The notes under the pieces: generated by a model | Told to the model about the DNA's origin: nothing | Seen by the model: the letters and a program-made list of their open reading frames with translations, nothing else | Databases searched by the model: none | Part shown: positions 23,349-35,000 of the stretch, piece by piece | How the letters are laid out: each line of letters opens with the position of its first letter | How positions within the stretch are numbered: position 1 is the first letter of the stretch | From: Candidatus Poribacteria bacterium | Lineage (GTDB): Bacteria > Poribacteria > WGA-4E > WGA-3G | Direction of reading: 5' to 3' | Assembly: GCA_965200205.1 (NCBI GenBank) | Contig: CBDAUI010000001.1 | Coordinates: forward strand, 1,778,664 to 1,842,663 | DNA length: 64,000 bases | Translations under genes and position numbers: made by a program

Positions 23349-25064
23349 ATGAAAAATATAACGGTTTTTCTGTCCATCTTCATGCTACTGCTATCAGGAG
23401 GGTTACCGTGTCAAAGTTCGGAAGCACATCTTTGTGGAACACCACAGCTGTCTTTCATAAAAGAGGCACTTCGCGGCTCGACACAAATTTTTCCGGACGA
23501 GAACGTGCCGAGTCCGTTGGTTCCAAGTGCGCCGACATTACCGCTTGGAGCAGAGAGAACGTTTTTTGCCCCCGATTTTAGGAGTATGCAGCAATACACC
23601 GTCTCCGCTGTCCTCCGCGGGGTCGGCAATTTCTGTTACGTTTTCGTTGAAGCATCGGAATGGAACACGCGAGTTACCGCCGAAACAGTTCAGTCGATGG
23701 TGCACGCTTTTGATGCTGCAACGCCCGCGAATCCGCAACGCGGCATCTATCAGACGTTAACACAGTCTTTTGGGGCACCACCTGACATTGACGGAAACGG
23801 TAAAATTATTTTACTGCTACTTAATATTCGAGATGCTAACCCTATTGACCAGTATACGGCTGGTTTTTTCAATCCAGCGGACCAAAGTCGCGGTGTACTT
23901 AGGAACCCTGGATTTCGCCGTTTCCCAATTCGTAGTAACGAAGCAGATATGTTGTATGTGGACACACAGCCGCTTAATCCAAGTAGCGAGGCAGCTCACA
24001 ATGTCGTCGCGCACGAACTTCAACATCTTATCCACTGGGGACATGATCCGCACGAAGCCACTTGGGTCGATGAAGGCTGTGCAGGGTATGCCTCATTTCT
24101 CTGTGGTTATTCCGTTTTAGAGCATGTCGCAGCGTTTGAAAGAAACCCATCTATTTCACTCATCGCATGGCCTGAAACGGATACAGATGCCCTGCCCCAC
24201 TACGGTGCAACCTTTTTATGGATGCTGTACCTGCATGAGCGACACGGCGGTTTGCAAACATTGACCGAAATCGTCCAAAATCGAGGCACGTCGCTCAATG
24301 GCGTTGCGGATGTACTCGCATCAAATGGAAACACGACGCAGCAGATTTCTGAGATTTTCAATGATTGGAAACTCGCAAACTATCTATCTGATTATCGCAC
24401 CATAAGACTCTCTCTGGAACCGCGTCGGTGGCACCGTTCCTATCCAAGCGGCACACAGGATGGGGAGCTGCGTAATTTTTCGGCGGACTATATCGGATTT
24501 GAAGATGCTGGTGGATTGACACTCGGATTTTCAAGTCGGTCCCGCGAAAGCAGCACCGCACACGCAATTGAATTCCATAACACTGGTGATGTCCATAAAC
24601 GTGAGATCGTACTATCCACCGACGGATCGGGTTCTATTGTTTTACCGGATACTGTCAGAAACGTGATCCTAATTCCGAGTCTACAATCACAAGGAATCAA
24701 TGCCGAAACACGAAATACAGAGTATCAATATAACGCAACACGCGGCGCACACATCACTTTCGTTACTGCCGCGCTTCGGAATCCGGTGCATTCACAGTAC
24801 TGGGACATCGTTGCCGTGCCGAGTGAACCTCTCGTCGGTTTAGTACCATCTGTAACATTGATGCGCGTTGAGAACAACATTGAACGTCTCCATCAAGAAT
24901 CGCAAGCGATGTACCCAGTAACGCCAGATTCGCAAAACAACTATATGTATCGACTTTCATTTCGCCTTGATCCAGAAATAGCACCGGAATCCGTCACCTA
25001 TCAGATTTCACTGGATTCAAGAATTGTTTTGACCAAGAACGCGATTTCCGATATTAAAAGATAA
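23349..25064 (+). CDS. Secreted putative zinc metallopeptidase (HExxH).
   Basis: A signal peptide, an HELQH...WVDEG motif, and no close family recognised. Confidence 0.55.
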   Translation: MKNITVFLSIFMLLLSGGLPCQSSEAHLCGTPQLSFIKEALRGSTQIFPDENVPSPLVPSAPTLPLGAERTFFAPDFRSMQQYTVSAVLRGVGNFCYVFVEASEWNTRVTAETVQSMVHAFDAATPANPQRGIYQTLTQSFGAPPDIDGNGKIILLLLNIRDANPIDQYTAGFFNPADQSRGVLRNPGFRRFPIRSNEADMLYVDTQPLNPSSEAAHNVVAHELQHLIHWGHDPHEATWVDEGCAGYASFLCGYSVLEHVAAFERNPSISLIAWPETDTDALPHYGATFLWMLYLHERHGGLQTLTEIVQNRGTSLNGVADVLASNGNTTQQISEIFNDWKLANYLSDYRTIRLSLEPRRWHRSYPSGTQDGELRNFSADYIGFEDAGGLTLGFSSRSRESSTAHAIEFHNTGDVHKREIVLSTDGSGSIVLPDTVRNVILIPSLQSQGINAETRNTEYQYNATRGAHITFVTAALRNPVHSQYWDIVAVPSEPLVGLVPSVTLMRVENNIERLHQESQAMYPVTPDSQNNYMYRLSFRLDPEIAPESVTYQISLDSRIVLTKNAISDIKR

Positions 25065-25089
25065 GGCGCGCGTTCTTGGTCAAACAAGA

Positions 25090-25205
25090 TCGCTGGAATA
25101 GTTATCAGTTTTCAGTACGGTTTTTCTGCGAAAAACCTTTCAGTTATGAGAAAAAGACTTTGAATCTATCAAAAACCTCTTGTAACTGATAACTTTGACC
25201 GATAA
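25090..25205. repeat. ~110-bp MITE-like element with terminal inverted repeats and a central hairpin.
   Basis: TIR AGTTATCAGTT (25100-25110) pairs with AACTGATAACT (25185-25195). The central hairpin is GGTTTTTC-TGC-GAAAAACC at 25119-25137. Related copies are at 33826-33960 and 18974-19030. Confidence 0.7.
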
Positions 25206-25217
25206 AAAGGAGGAAAG

Positions 25218-26180
25218 ATGCAACCTACACTCTATGCAGGAACTATTGGACAAAGCGTCTGGCACAGTACTGACAACGGGGATACATGGCGGCGAGTCAG
25301 TAACGGACTCTTTCCTGAAGCCGACGTTCGCGCCATAGCCGTCAATCCGAGTGACGGAAATATTGTCTATGCGGGTACTGAAAACGGTGTTTTCCGAACA
25401 GACAACGCCGCTGAATCGTGGCACCGCCTTCCAAGTCCGATGGATGGACGAGAGGTATGGGCAATAGCGATTGATCCGAAGTCACCCGATACGATCTACA
25501 CCGGTACCTGTCCGTCCGCACTTTTTAAGTCCACTGATGGCGGCGAAAATTGGAAGCAACTTGAGGTCGCTTTGGCAGAGGAATGCGAAGGCGTTCCGAT
25601 TATCCCGCGCGTCACGACTTTTGTGGTCGATCCAGAAAATTCACAAACCCTCTACGCAGGGATTGAGATTGACGGGATGCGTCTGAGCACCGACGGTGGC
25701 GAAACATGGACAGAGCGGAGTGAAGGGCTTAGCAGTTTAGACATTCACGGTCTCTGTGTCGTTCCCGGTTCCCCGAAAACTATCGTTGCAGCCACGAATA
25801 ACGATGTCTGTATAACCACAGACATGGGGCAGCAGTGGACACCATTGAACGTCAAAGCACATTATCCGTGGCCCTATTGTCGCGCGGCATTCTTCCTTAA
25901 TGGCGATACCGGTAGAGTGTTCATTGGGGCAGGAAACGGACCCCCAGGTGACCAAGGAGGTATCTTCTTAACTGGTGATGTCGGAAAAACATGGAACCGC
26001 TCTGATATTGGCAGAACTGCCAACAGCACAATCTGGACATTTGCTCACAATCCGAAGGTCAACGACCTGATAATCGCTTGTAGTGTGAGCGGGCAACTCT
26101 ATCGAAGCACGGACGCAGGCAACTCATGGACGAAACTTGCACACGAATTTGGAGAAGTCCGAGCATTAGCTGTTGCATAG
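25218..26180 (+). CDS. BNR/Asp-box repeat protein (Ycf48/sialidase-like beta-propeller).
   Basis: Repeated S-x-D-x-G-x-T-W motifs (STDNGDTW, STDGGENW, STDGGETW, STDAGNSW). Confidence 0.75.
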   Translation: MQPTLYAGTIGQSVWHSTDNGDTWRRVSNGLFPEADVRAIAVNPSDGNIVYAGTENGVFRTDNAAESWHRLPSPMDGREVWAIAIDPKSPDTIYTGTCPSALFKSTDGGENWKQLEVALAEECEGVPIIPRVTTFVVDPENSQTLYAGIEIDGMRLSTDGGETWTERSEGLSSLDIHGLCVVPGSPKTIVAATNNDVCITTDMGQQWTPLNVKAHYPWPYCRAAFFLNGDTGRVFIGAGNGPPGDQGGIFLTGDVGKTWNRSDIGRTANSTIWTFAHNPKVNDLIIACSVSGQLYRSTDAGNSWTKLAHEFGEVRALAVA

Positions 26181-26342
26181 ATGTTGACTTATTTTTTGGG
26201 TTTGTGGTATGCTGTAGGTAATTCAGCTTCCAAAATACAGTACGCAATGGTAAAATTCTCGGATTTCGCCTATACTGAATGAAAATTTCTAAACCGCGTG
26301 TAGGAAGCTTAAGCCTGTTTTGTTCCAAGACGCACGATATTT

Positions 26343-26373
26343 GTCCCGTCACTCATGACGGAAAGACTTTTTA
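26343..26373 (+). terminator. Rho-independent terminator (stem CCGTCA/TGACGG, then TTTTT).
   Basis: Hairpin at 26345-26360 followed by a T5 run. It lies about 160 nt downstream of the BNR gene and downstream of a candidate promoter at 26184. Confidence 0.5.
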
Positions 26374-26463
26374 GAGCATTTAGCATAAAACTTGCACAAA
26401 TTTTCCGAAAATAGAAAATTTGGTTTTTCAAGTTAGGTCCAAATTTATAGGAGGCACACTTCA

Positions 26464-27243
26464 GTGATACGTTTTTTTGCGATTCTTTTCATACCGCTCT
26501 TCTGCTTGACAATTGTGGGTTGTATTGACGGAAGCGAAGTCAACATCACCACACCACCAGAGATTGACAAAGCAAAACGCGTTGTCGTTACCCCGTTTTA
26601 TACTGAGGCAAATGCGGCAGAGGAAGTAAACAAATTAGGTACAAGAATCAGCGTTAACCTCGGAGAGCGTTTAAAACTTATATTGAAAGACGCTGAGTGG
26701 ATTTACGATATTTCAAACAAGGTTAAACCCGTTGACGATAAACTCTCCGAACTCGGATTAACACTCGAGCAAATTTATGAAGACCCCGCTTTGGCGGCGA
26801 AACTTGGACAAGCACTCAACGCGGACTTGGTAATCATCGGGATGGTTGAGAAACCGAGCTTAGATCGGCGGGATTACAATCAGCATCTTATGAAGCAAGG
26901 CAGCCAGAGCGGAATTTCAGGGACATCCACCTATATCCGGACGCGCCTTATCGCCATCGGTCGTACCCGAGTCAAAGTTGTTAACGCAAGCTCCGGTGAA
27001 CTTGTCTATAACAACCGAATCCAGTCGTACCTGAAATATTGGTACGCCTATCAGACCCAAATGAGCGAGATGCAGATTTATAAAACCGAGGAAGATAGAT
27101 ACGCCGATTTAGGGAAATATCTCCCGCTCAGGATCGCTTATGTGCTCCATCCGACTGGATTAAGATTGGAAGAAGAAGAGCAGATTCTACTTAAACCGGA
27201 TATTGAGTTAAAGGGCACTGGCGGTATCGTCGAATTTAATTAA
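26464..27243 (+). CDS. Hypothetical lipoprotein.
   Basis: GTG start with an AGGAGG RBS. Lipobox LTIVGC. 259 aa. Confidence 0.65.
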   Translation: MIRFFAILFIPLFCLTIVGCIDGSEVNITTPPEIDKAKRVVVTPFYTEANAAEEVNKLGTRISVNLGERLKLILKDAEWIYDISNKVKPVDDKLSELGLTLEQIYEDPALAAKLGQALNADLVIIGMVEKPSLDRRDYNQHLMKQGSQSGISGTSTYIRTRLIAIGRTRVKVVNASSGELVYNNRIQSYLKYWYAYQTQMSEMQIYKTEEDRYADLGKYLPLRIAYVLHPTGLRLEEEEQILLKPDIELKGTGGIVEFN

Positions 27244-27286
27244 GACTCGCAGGTGCAGCTGTAACTCAGCTGTCACATAGCAGTAG

Positions 27287-27320
27287 ATAGGCGTGGTTCC
27301 TAACCGCGCCTATTTTTATG
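27287..27320 (+). terminator. Rho-independent terminator shared by a convergent gene pair.
   Basis: ATAGGCGTGG-TTCCTAA-CCGCGCCTAT (10-bp stem with one G-U pair) followed by TTTTTAT. Confidence 0.6.
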
Positions 27321-27792
27321 ATGTCGGTGAGGAATTCGAGAAGTACTTTTCAAGTTGATGCGTATATACTTTTCCGTGCGCCAACAGATCGCAAGAAATA
27401 TTGTAAAGTTCAGCAGGCGTAAGTTCTTGATACGGATTGATAATGCTTTCATAGTACGCTAAAGCCTTCGTGAAAAAATTGAGTGTCTCTTTATCAATAA
27501 CACTGTTTTGATGTAAGGTCAAAAAACTATGATGCTTCTGCTGATGCGGAGTCTGCCCCTTAAATTCGATGATAACGTTATTAATATCCACAGCACGCTG
27601 AATAATCATAAGAAAACAGCTTTTCACGTAAGAGTGCGTGATCCTGTCGCCATTGATGTATGCTTCCTGACTCTCTGGCAGCCCATTACGCAATTGCTCA
27701 AAACATTCGTTCATAGATTCCAGCTTCGCTTTCACAGGGTTGAACCTTCGAGATGCTGATTTTTTTGAAGCCCTCTTGTTTTTCTTTTCCAT
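27316..27792 (-). CDS. Hypothetical protein.
   Basis: 158-aa ORF with a basic N-terminus. No confident domain was found. Confidence 0.5.
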   Translation of the reverse strand: MEKKNKRASKKSASRRFNPVKAKLESMNECFEQLRNGLPESQEAYINGDRITHSYVKSCFLMIIQRAVDINNVIIEFKGQTPHQQKHHSFLTLHQNSVIDKETLNFFTKALAYYESIINPYQELTPAELYNISCDLLAHGKVYTHQLEKYFSNSSPTS

Positions 27793-28002
27793 TGTGTGTT
27801 CCTTTCTTTGGTTAACTTTTGTTTTTATGTGTATCCTACTCTTTTAGACGTTGTTAATCCCAAAAAGTTGTAATTTGCTTTTTTTTAGGTATCTACTTTT
27901 ATTTTTTGATCACTTTACGTTTATTCCCAGATAGATAATCGTGTGCGGATTTTTGAAGGAAGCGGGGTATGTTTTCAACAAATAAGGAAATGAGGTCAAC
28001 AG

Positions 28003-28983
28003 ATGGTAGCAATTATTAGAACAGGGGACGGCGGACCGGAGGTGCTGCAGTTAAGTGAAGTCCCGTCGCCGCAACCTACAGCAACACAACTTTTGGTGGA
28101 TGTCCATGCCACTGCACTAAATCGTGCAGACCTGATCCAACGGCGAGGCGGCTATCCACCGCCACCGGGTGATTCTGAGATACTCGGTTTAGAAATTGCG
28201 GGTACTGTTGCAGCAGTCGGACCCGCTGTAGAAGGCATATCTGAAGGCGATCGCGTCTTTGGACTCGTCGGTGGTGGTGGTTACGCAGCACAAGCGGTCA
28301 TCGACTACCGTATGGCGATGCCTATACCCGACGGGTGGAGTTTTGAAGAAGCCGCTGCGGTTCCCGAAGTATTCTTCACTGCAAACGAAAACATTTTCAC
28401 GCTCGGAAAATTAACAGCAGGTGAGACAATTCTAATTCACGCTGGTGGCAGCGGTGTTGGCACTGCCGGTATCCAAATTTCTCATCATGCCGGTGCTAAC
28501 GTCTTCGTCACTGCTGGCACACCGGAAAAGATTCATAAATGCAAAACACTCGGCGCAATAGAAGGTATCAACTACAAAATAACCGACTTCGTCGCTGAAA
28601 TTGCGCATTCAACAGATGGAGAAGGCGTTGATGTCGTCTTAGATTTTATCGGCGCGCCCTACCTTGAACAGAATCTTTCCATACTCAAAACAAAAGGCAG
28701 GCTATTGCAAGTCGGATTGATCGGGGGCGCGACCACAGAAATCGATCTCGGCGCGCTGATGCGTAAGCGGCTTAAGATTATCGGTTCAGTCATGCGACCC
28801 CAGTCTATTGACGAAAAGATCGCTATCACGCACCGTTTCGTTGACAGATGGTTACCGGAATTAAAGCGCGGTGCACTCCAACCTGTCATTGATACCGTTT
28901 TTCCATTAGCAGAAGCACAACAAGCACATGCATATATGGAAGCGAACCGAAATTTTGGTAAAATTCTTTTGAAAGTGAGATAG
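28003..28983 (+). CDS. NADPH:quinone oxidoreductase (zinc-type ADH/MDR family).
   Basis: MVAIIRTGDGGPEVLQLSEVP N-terminus and a GGSGVG NAD(P) motif. Confidence 0.8.
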   Translation: MVAIIRTGDGGPEVLQLSEVPSPQPTATQLLVDVHATALNRADLIQRRGGYPPPPGDSEILGLEIAGTVAAVGPAVEGISEGDRVFGLVGGGGYAAQAVIDYRMAMPIPDGWSFEEAAAVPEVFFTANENIFTLGKLTAGETILIHAGGSGVGTAGIQISHHAGANVFVTAGTPEKIHKCKTLGAIEGINYKITDFVAEIAHSTDGEGVDVVLDFIGAPYLEQNLSILKTKGRLLQVGLIGGATTEIDLGALMRKRLKIIGSVMRPQSIDEKIAITHRFVDRWLPELKRGALQPVIDTVFPLAEAQQAHAYMEANRNFGKILLKVR

Positions 28984-29087
28984 CAAAAAAGACGAAGAAA
29001 CACTACGTTACAAAACACTTATATAGTTATGAGAAATGGTTTCAATTATCAGTTTTCAGTTGATCGAAATTACCTAAATAAATAAAA

Positions 29088-32000
29088 ATGCAATTATTCT
29101 TAAAACAGAAACAGCGGCACAAAAAATCGCGGATTGGTCTCATACTAATTGTCTCCGCTTTCTTTTTTCTCATATCGACTTTCAGAGCGTCTGCACGCGT
29201 TACCCAAGTCACATCAACCGACGGTATCACGGTTCAGTTTACATTAGCTAACCTGACTGTTTCTGAAGTTACCCGCGACAATGTTCGCTACCACGAAGTA
29301 CGCTATGCCGACTCCCGTTTCACAAGTGAACCCGGCAATCCGAAGGTTCCGGTCACACGTCTTCTGCTCGGTATACCGGTGACAGCTGACATCGATGGAA
29401 TTGACGTTTCCGCTGCACCGTCTGAAACGCGCAACGGTGTCCGTTTAGTGCCTGTCCCGATTTACGATGTGCAACAAAGAAACACCCCAGCAAAAACCCT
29501 TGAAGAACATCGGTTAGAAACCGATACTAGGCAAAAACACTTACAACACGCGGCATCACAACGTTGGGAAGAGAGGGGAAGGGCATATCAATCAAATGGT
29601 GGAAATGCGTCGTATCCGGGGTTGCCGCTTGCGCGCGTCGTCCGGGAAGGTTATATTCGGAGTCAGCGTGTCATCGCCTTAGCATTATATCCTGTGCAGT
29701 ATTTCCCGAAAACTCGGCAGTTACGCTTATATTCACGTTTCACTGTGAACATCCGTTTTTCTTACGGCAGTCAGCCATCAGCCATCGGTCTCCATCAGCA
29801 AGGAGAGGTTTTTGATAATCCGAGCACCTTTTCGCTGACTGCTGATAGCCGACAGCCGACAACCGAACCTGAGGTTTTTGAGCAAGCATTCTCTCGTCAA
29901 CTCCTCAATGCTGAACAAGCAGCGCATTTTCGGGCAGCGCGAAGAAACATCCCAGCAAAAACACCTCTGGTACCAGCAGCACCGCCGCTCTTGTCGAATG
30001 TAAGCAATACCACACGCTATAAATTGTTCGTTGAAGAGACCGGTGTCTATGCTATAACTGCAGCATCGCTCGCGCGCGACTGGGGGATAGACCTCATAGG
30101 TGCCAATCCTGCGAGGCTTCGGCTCACACACGGAGCCAGAGACGTACCGATCTATGTCAGCGGTGCAGCGGACAAAAGATTTGACCCAGAGGATGCTATC
30201 TTTTTCTTGGGACATAAACCGAAAAATCGGTATAGCCGTTGGAACATCTATTGGCTCACAGTTGACAAGAGTCAACGCATTTTGGATCGCGTGCCGCAGG
30301 TCACTGCAAACCCGACGGATCCAACGGCAACACAAGTTCCAACTTTCCGATCTAAAGTCCATTTTGAAGAAGATCACCTGACAAATAACCTCGAATTCGC
30401 CTATACAGATGGCGATAAACACGACTGGTTTACCTCGTTCGACTTCTGGTACTGGGACGGCATCAAAAACGGTGGTGACGGGGCTGAAATGCGTCTTGCG
30501 TTTCCGCTCTATGATGTCGCAAAAAGCTTTGACCCGTCACATATCTCTGTTGATTTACAGGGCGGCACACCGGTCGAACACAAAATTTTAGTTGCTATCA
30601 ACGGTGTCCGAATTGATGTCGCCGAGTGGGACTCGCAGGATTCGATCACCGTCGAGCGGACTTTGCGTACATGGGATACCTTTAAGAACAGAAGTGAAAG
30701 CGGCGAACAGAATGTTTTATCGCTTGCCCGCGTAGATTATAATGTTGATGAGGACACGACTCGGTATCCGTATCATGTCTATCTCAACCGTTTTTCTGTT
30801 GAGTATACCCGACTTTTCCGCGCTGTTGCTGACGAGTTATGGTTCAGATCGCCTGGTAGGGGCGAGGTCACCTCGCCCCTACAATCACGCACACAGCCCC
30901 CCGGCGGACGTAAACTCCAATACAGAATTGAGGCGTTCCGAGACCCAGGTGTCCACATCTTTGAAACAGATGGCACATACCTCACGGCTCAGATGCGCGG
31001 TGTTACCGTAGAACCGGATCCCGCCCGTTCAGATTTATACAATGCGCTGTTTCAGACGCTTGATACCCGAAGTGCACAGTTTATTGCGGTTTCTGATACG
31101 GCACTAAGGCAACCTCAGCGTGTCGAAGTCGTTGCGCCATCAGATTTGGCAACAGCAACGCACGGTGTCGATTATTTGGTTGTGACACACCCGAAATTCC
31201 TGCTTGCAGCGGAACGGCTATCAGCATGGCGTGCCACACCTGGTGGCGGCGGATACCGAACAAAGGTTGTCACAACTGACGATATTTATAACACCTACGG
31301 TGATGGAGCCGTCAGCCCGAAAGCGATCAAGAGTTTTCTAACACACGCCTATCAATCCTGGGCACCACCTGCACTGAGTTACGTTGTCCTCCTCGGCGAC
31401 GGCACCTTTGATTTTCGTGGTATTGATACGGAAATCCACGCCGAGCCGCCTGAACTTGACGGGTATATCCCGACGCACTACATCCGAACCGATTCCTTCG
31501 GACGTACAGCGTCAGATCACTGGTATGCGACCGTCTCCGGACACGACGAATTCACAGATTTTTATATCGGTAGACTCAGCGTCGAAACCGTTAACGAAGC
31601 CGAGGCTGTTGTCAGTAAAATCTTGGCTTACGAACAGGCACCACCAAACGACGACTGGCGCAGAAGGATCATCTCTGTTGCTGACGACGAAGTTAGCAAT
31701 TCTGGGGATTTTATATTTAAGAAGAGCCTCGACGAGATCGCGAAGGACCACACCCGATTGGGATACGAGACCGTCGAAATTTTCCTTGAGGATATTACGG
31801 ATGAGGTCGAGGCGAGACCTGATGATTTTGATGTACATCCCCAACGCCTCGCGAAAGACATGATCATTGAAGCACTCGGAGAGGGGGCTGTCCTCGCACA
31901 GTACGCCGGACACGGCGGGAATACTGTCTGGGCACACGAAATCATTTTTGACAATGTATCTGTTGATCAGGTGGAGGAAACTGACAAGGTTCCTTTTATG

Positions 32001-35000
32001 TTAGTCCTGAGTTGTTACAACGGTTATTTTGATAAACCGGGTGAACCGAGCATGGCAGAAAAGTTGTTGCGCAAAGAGAGAGGCGGGATCATCGGCATGT
32101 TGAGCGCCACACGCCTCACTTACGCCAGCGGGAACGACGCACTCAACCGTATCATCTTTGATATGCTCTTTAAACGGAACGTCCGACAACTCGGCCCTTT
32201 GAGCTTCGACTCAAAAACCGAACTTTTGATCACGGAAGGGACTGGACAGATTGATGTCATGTTAGAGTACACGCTATTTGGGGATCCGGCTCTACAGATG
32301 GCTATCGCTGATGGCGAGGTTCAACCTGCTATTGAGACGAAGACGGTCGCACCAGGGGATACACTCCGAATAGCACCCGGACATGTTCTGGATGCCGATT
32401 ATGACACAGTCAGTCAGAAGAAAAAATTTGTAAAAAATACCGATTTTGATGGAACGCTCACTGTCAAGGCTGTATTTCCCGGTAAGACAGCCGTTTCTCA
32501 AGGGGTCGCCGGGCCAGTTGAATACTACACAGGTGATGTTGTCTTGACGAAGACGCTTTCTATTAGCCGTGGGGCATATCCGACTGTTACTTTCACCGTT
32601 CCACAAAACATCGCCAGTGGCGACGCGCACGTTGAATATTACGCGCAGAGCAACACAACAGTCGCTGTTGGTGGCGATGGGTTTACTGTCAATGTCCCTA
32701 AAATTCTTGACATCCAACCCGAATTGGTCGGGGGTTTGACCGAGAACGCGACTCCGACATCTTCTTCAAAGGCACGCGTTCTCGGTCAAAAATTTCGTAT
32801 CTCTGTTCAGATTTCGGATGATAGTAGGAGCGAGGTGACCTCGCCCCTACTGGTGGTTTTGGAATGGCGGAATTTAGCGACGCGCGAGTGGGAAACTGTA
32901 CGCCTCGTTCAAGGCAGCGAGGACGGCTGGTGGACAACACCTGAACCGTTAGATGCACCTACAGACGGCTCCGCTATCCGATACGATATTCAGGTCACAG
33001 ATGCCGACGGCAATATCACCGTAAGCGATAGATTGCAATATTATCCTTATGCCTATCCGAACCTCTCTGTTGTACAGGTGCAGAGGACTGATATGATTCG
33101 TTACGGCTACAATGCTGAGCGAAAGCAGTGGTTCCTTGCAACAGATGTTCAGGTAGAAGGAGACCCTGTAGGGAATCCAGTCGAAATTAGTTTTTTTAAC
33201 GGCAATCCGGATGTTGACGAGGACATGCTTGTTGATAGCGGTGCTGTGCTTCTCGGCAGTGCACAGATACAACCCAGTGACTGGCTACAACGCACGCCGT
33301 TGATTAATTCAGGAGAGGCACCTGATGGGAAACGAGAAGAAACACCCTATCGAAAACACTATGAACCCGATCCGTTGAACGTCTTACCGATTGCGACGGC
33401 AACTTTGAACTTAACGGACCCGTTGCGTCCCGGTATACACGACATCTTTGTTTATATTGATGCAACGGAAACGGAATCGGAGCGTCCGGGTGAAGTCGTT
33501 GAAAACGACGAAGAAGATAATATCGCCTACCGGCGTATTTCTGTTGATGTCGGTGCAGTTGATGCTGCCGCTTCAGGTCAAATTATCAGTTTGGACGGAA
33601 ATTGCGTCGTTACAGTGCCATCCGGTGCGTTTCAGGATGTGGCAGTCCTTGCAGTCCGTTCTTTAGATGCGCAGCGGTTTGCTGCTATTGGATCGGAAAA
33701 CGCAGGGGGCGTACCTTCTAACCGAGATTCATTACCGATTTCCCTAAACACAATTACAGGTGTTGACGAGAACGGGCAGCCCAAGCGCGCACCGCTACCC
33801 GGTACTTCCACTTATGGGTACGAATTATCAGTAGTTAACAGTACTCAGTACGATTTTTCTGCGAAAAATCTTTCAGTTGACAGTGACAAGAGGTCTTTGG
33901 AATATCATAGCACCTCTTTAACTCAGAACCGAAAGCGCAGCGTACTGACAACTGAGAACCAGTACGCCATTGATCTGAATTTCGATTATGGAACCCTGAG
34001 AACGCAGCTTGCCGAAGAGGTGTTAGGAAGTTCGGAAGAGGCGGTTTCCGGTGGTTTAGATGTTACAGGTACACTTGACACGGCAGTTGCCGCGCGGGCA
34101 CGTGAGATGGGGGTCTACATGTTTAATTCGACACTCGGATATTGGACGCGACTTCCTTCTCAATATCTAACCGATGCTGCCGGAACACTGAGACGACGGA
34201 TACATATAACAGATATAAATGCGAAGAATGTCGGCGGTGGACAACTCCGAAATGTCCGCATCCAACCTGAAGGCGCGCGAGTCGGAAAATACGTTCTCTT
34301 TTTCACAGGACCCCGCACATACCGCGTCTTCCACGCACCTTTTGTGGACGGTGTAGACAATCCAGGAAATCCTGGCGAATTAGAAATTATTTCGCCAGTA
34401 GAGCAACTCGCAAGTTTCAGTATAGACTATCCGAACTGGACACACGGATTCGCCCTTGATATGGAACAGGATTTTGAACAACCCTTCGTATTCGGTGATG
34501 TCTGGACGTTTAACGTAACTGCGATCAGCCAAACACTGGAAGGCGGACTGAATATTGAAGGTCCCTTACAACAAGAATTACGCTGGTCCCCTGCCGGTTT
34601 CAGAGATACCAATCGGGGTACTGGCACTATCAGTTATATTGAACTCCATCGGTTAGAAACCGATGCTAGTGCAACTATGCCTGAAGATCAATGGATTGTC
34701 TTTTTCCTTACAGACACCGAATTTCAGATTGAAGGCAAGAGAACTGGGGTCTTACGTTCCGCATCTGATGGTACGCCGCTCCGTGGGACAGTCGGTCAGC
34801 CGTTCTTCTATGAACCCTACGGGTTACGGCTTCAACTAACACATGGCGAAAATCCGTTTGCACCAGGCGACAGATTCCGCTTTGAAACCCGACCTGTCGG
34901 GACGATTCGAGCGACTACCGATAGACTCGGACCGATCACACTCGTTTACAGCGACGACACCGTGCCACCAGATATCCAACTCACTATCGGTAACCAGCAG

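Noticed and set aside
27316-27792. Possible HepT/HEPN toxin.
   Set aside because: No Rx4-6H motif (only RITHSY with 2-residue spacing) and no adjacent nucleotidyltransferase antitoxin. Left as hypothetical.
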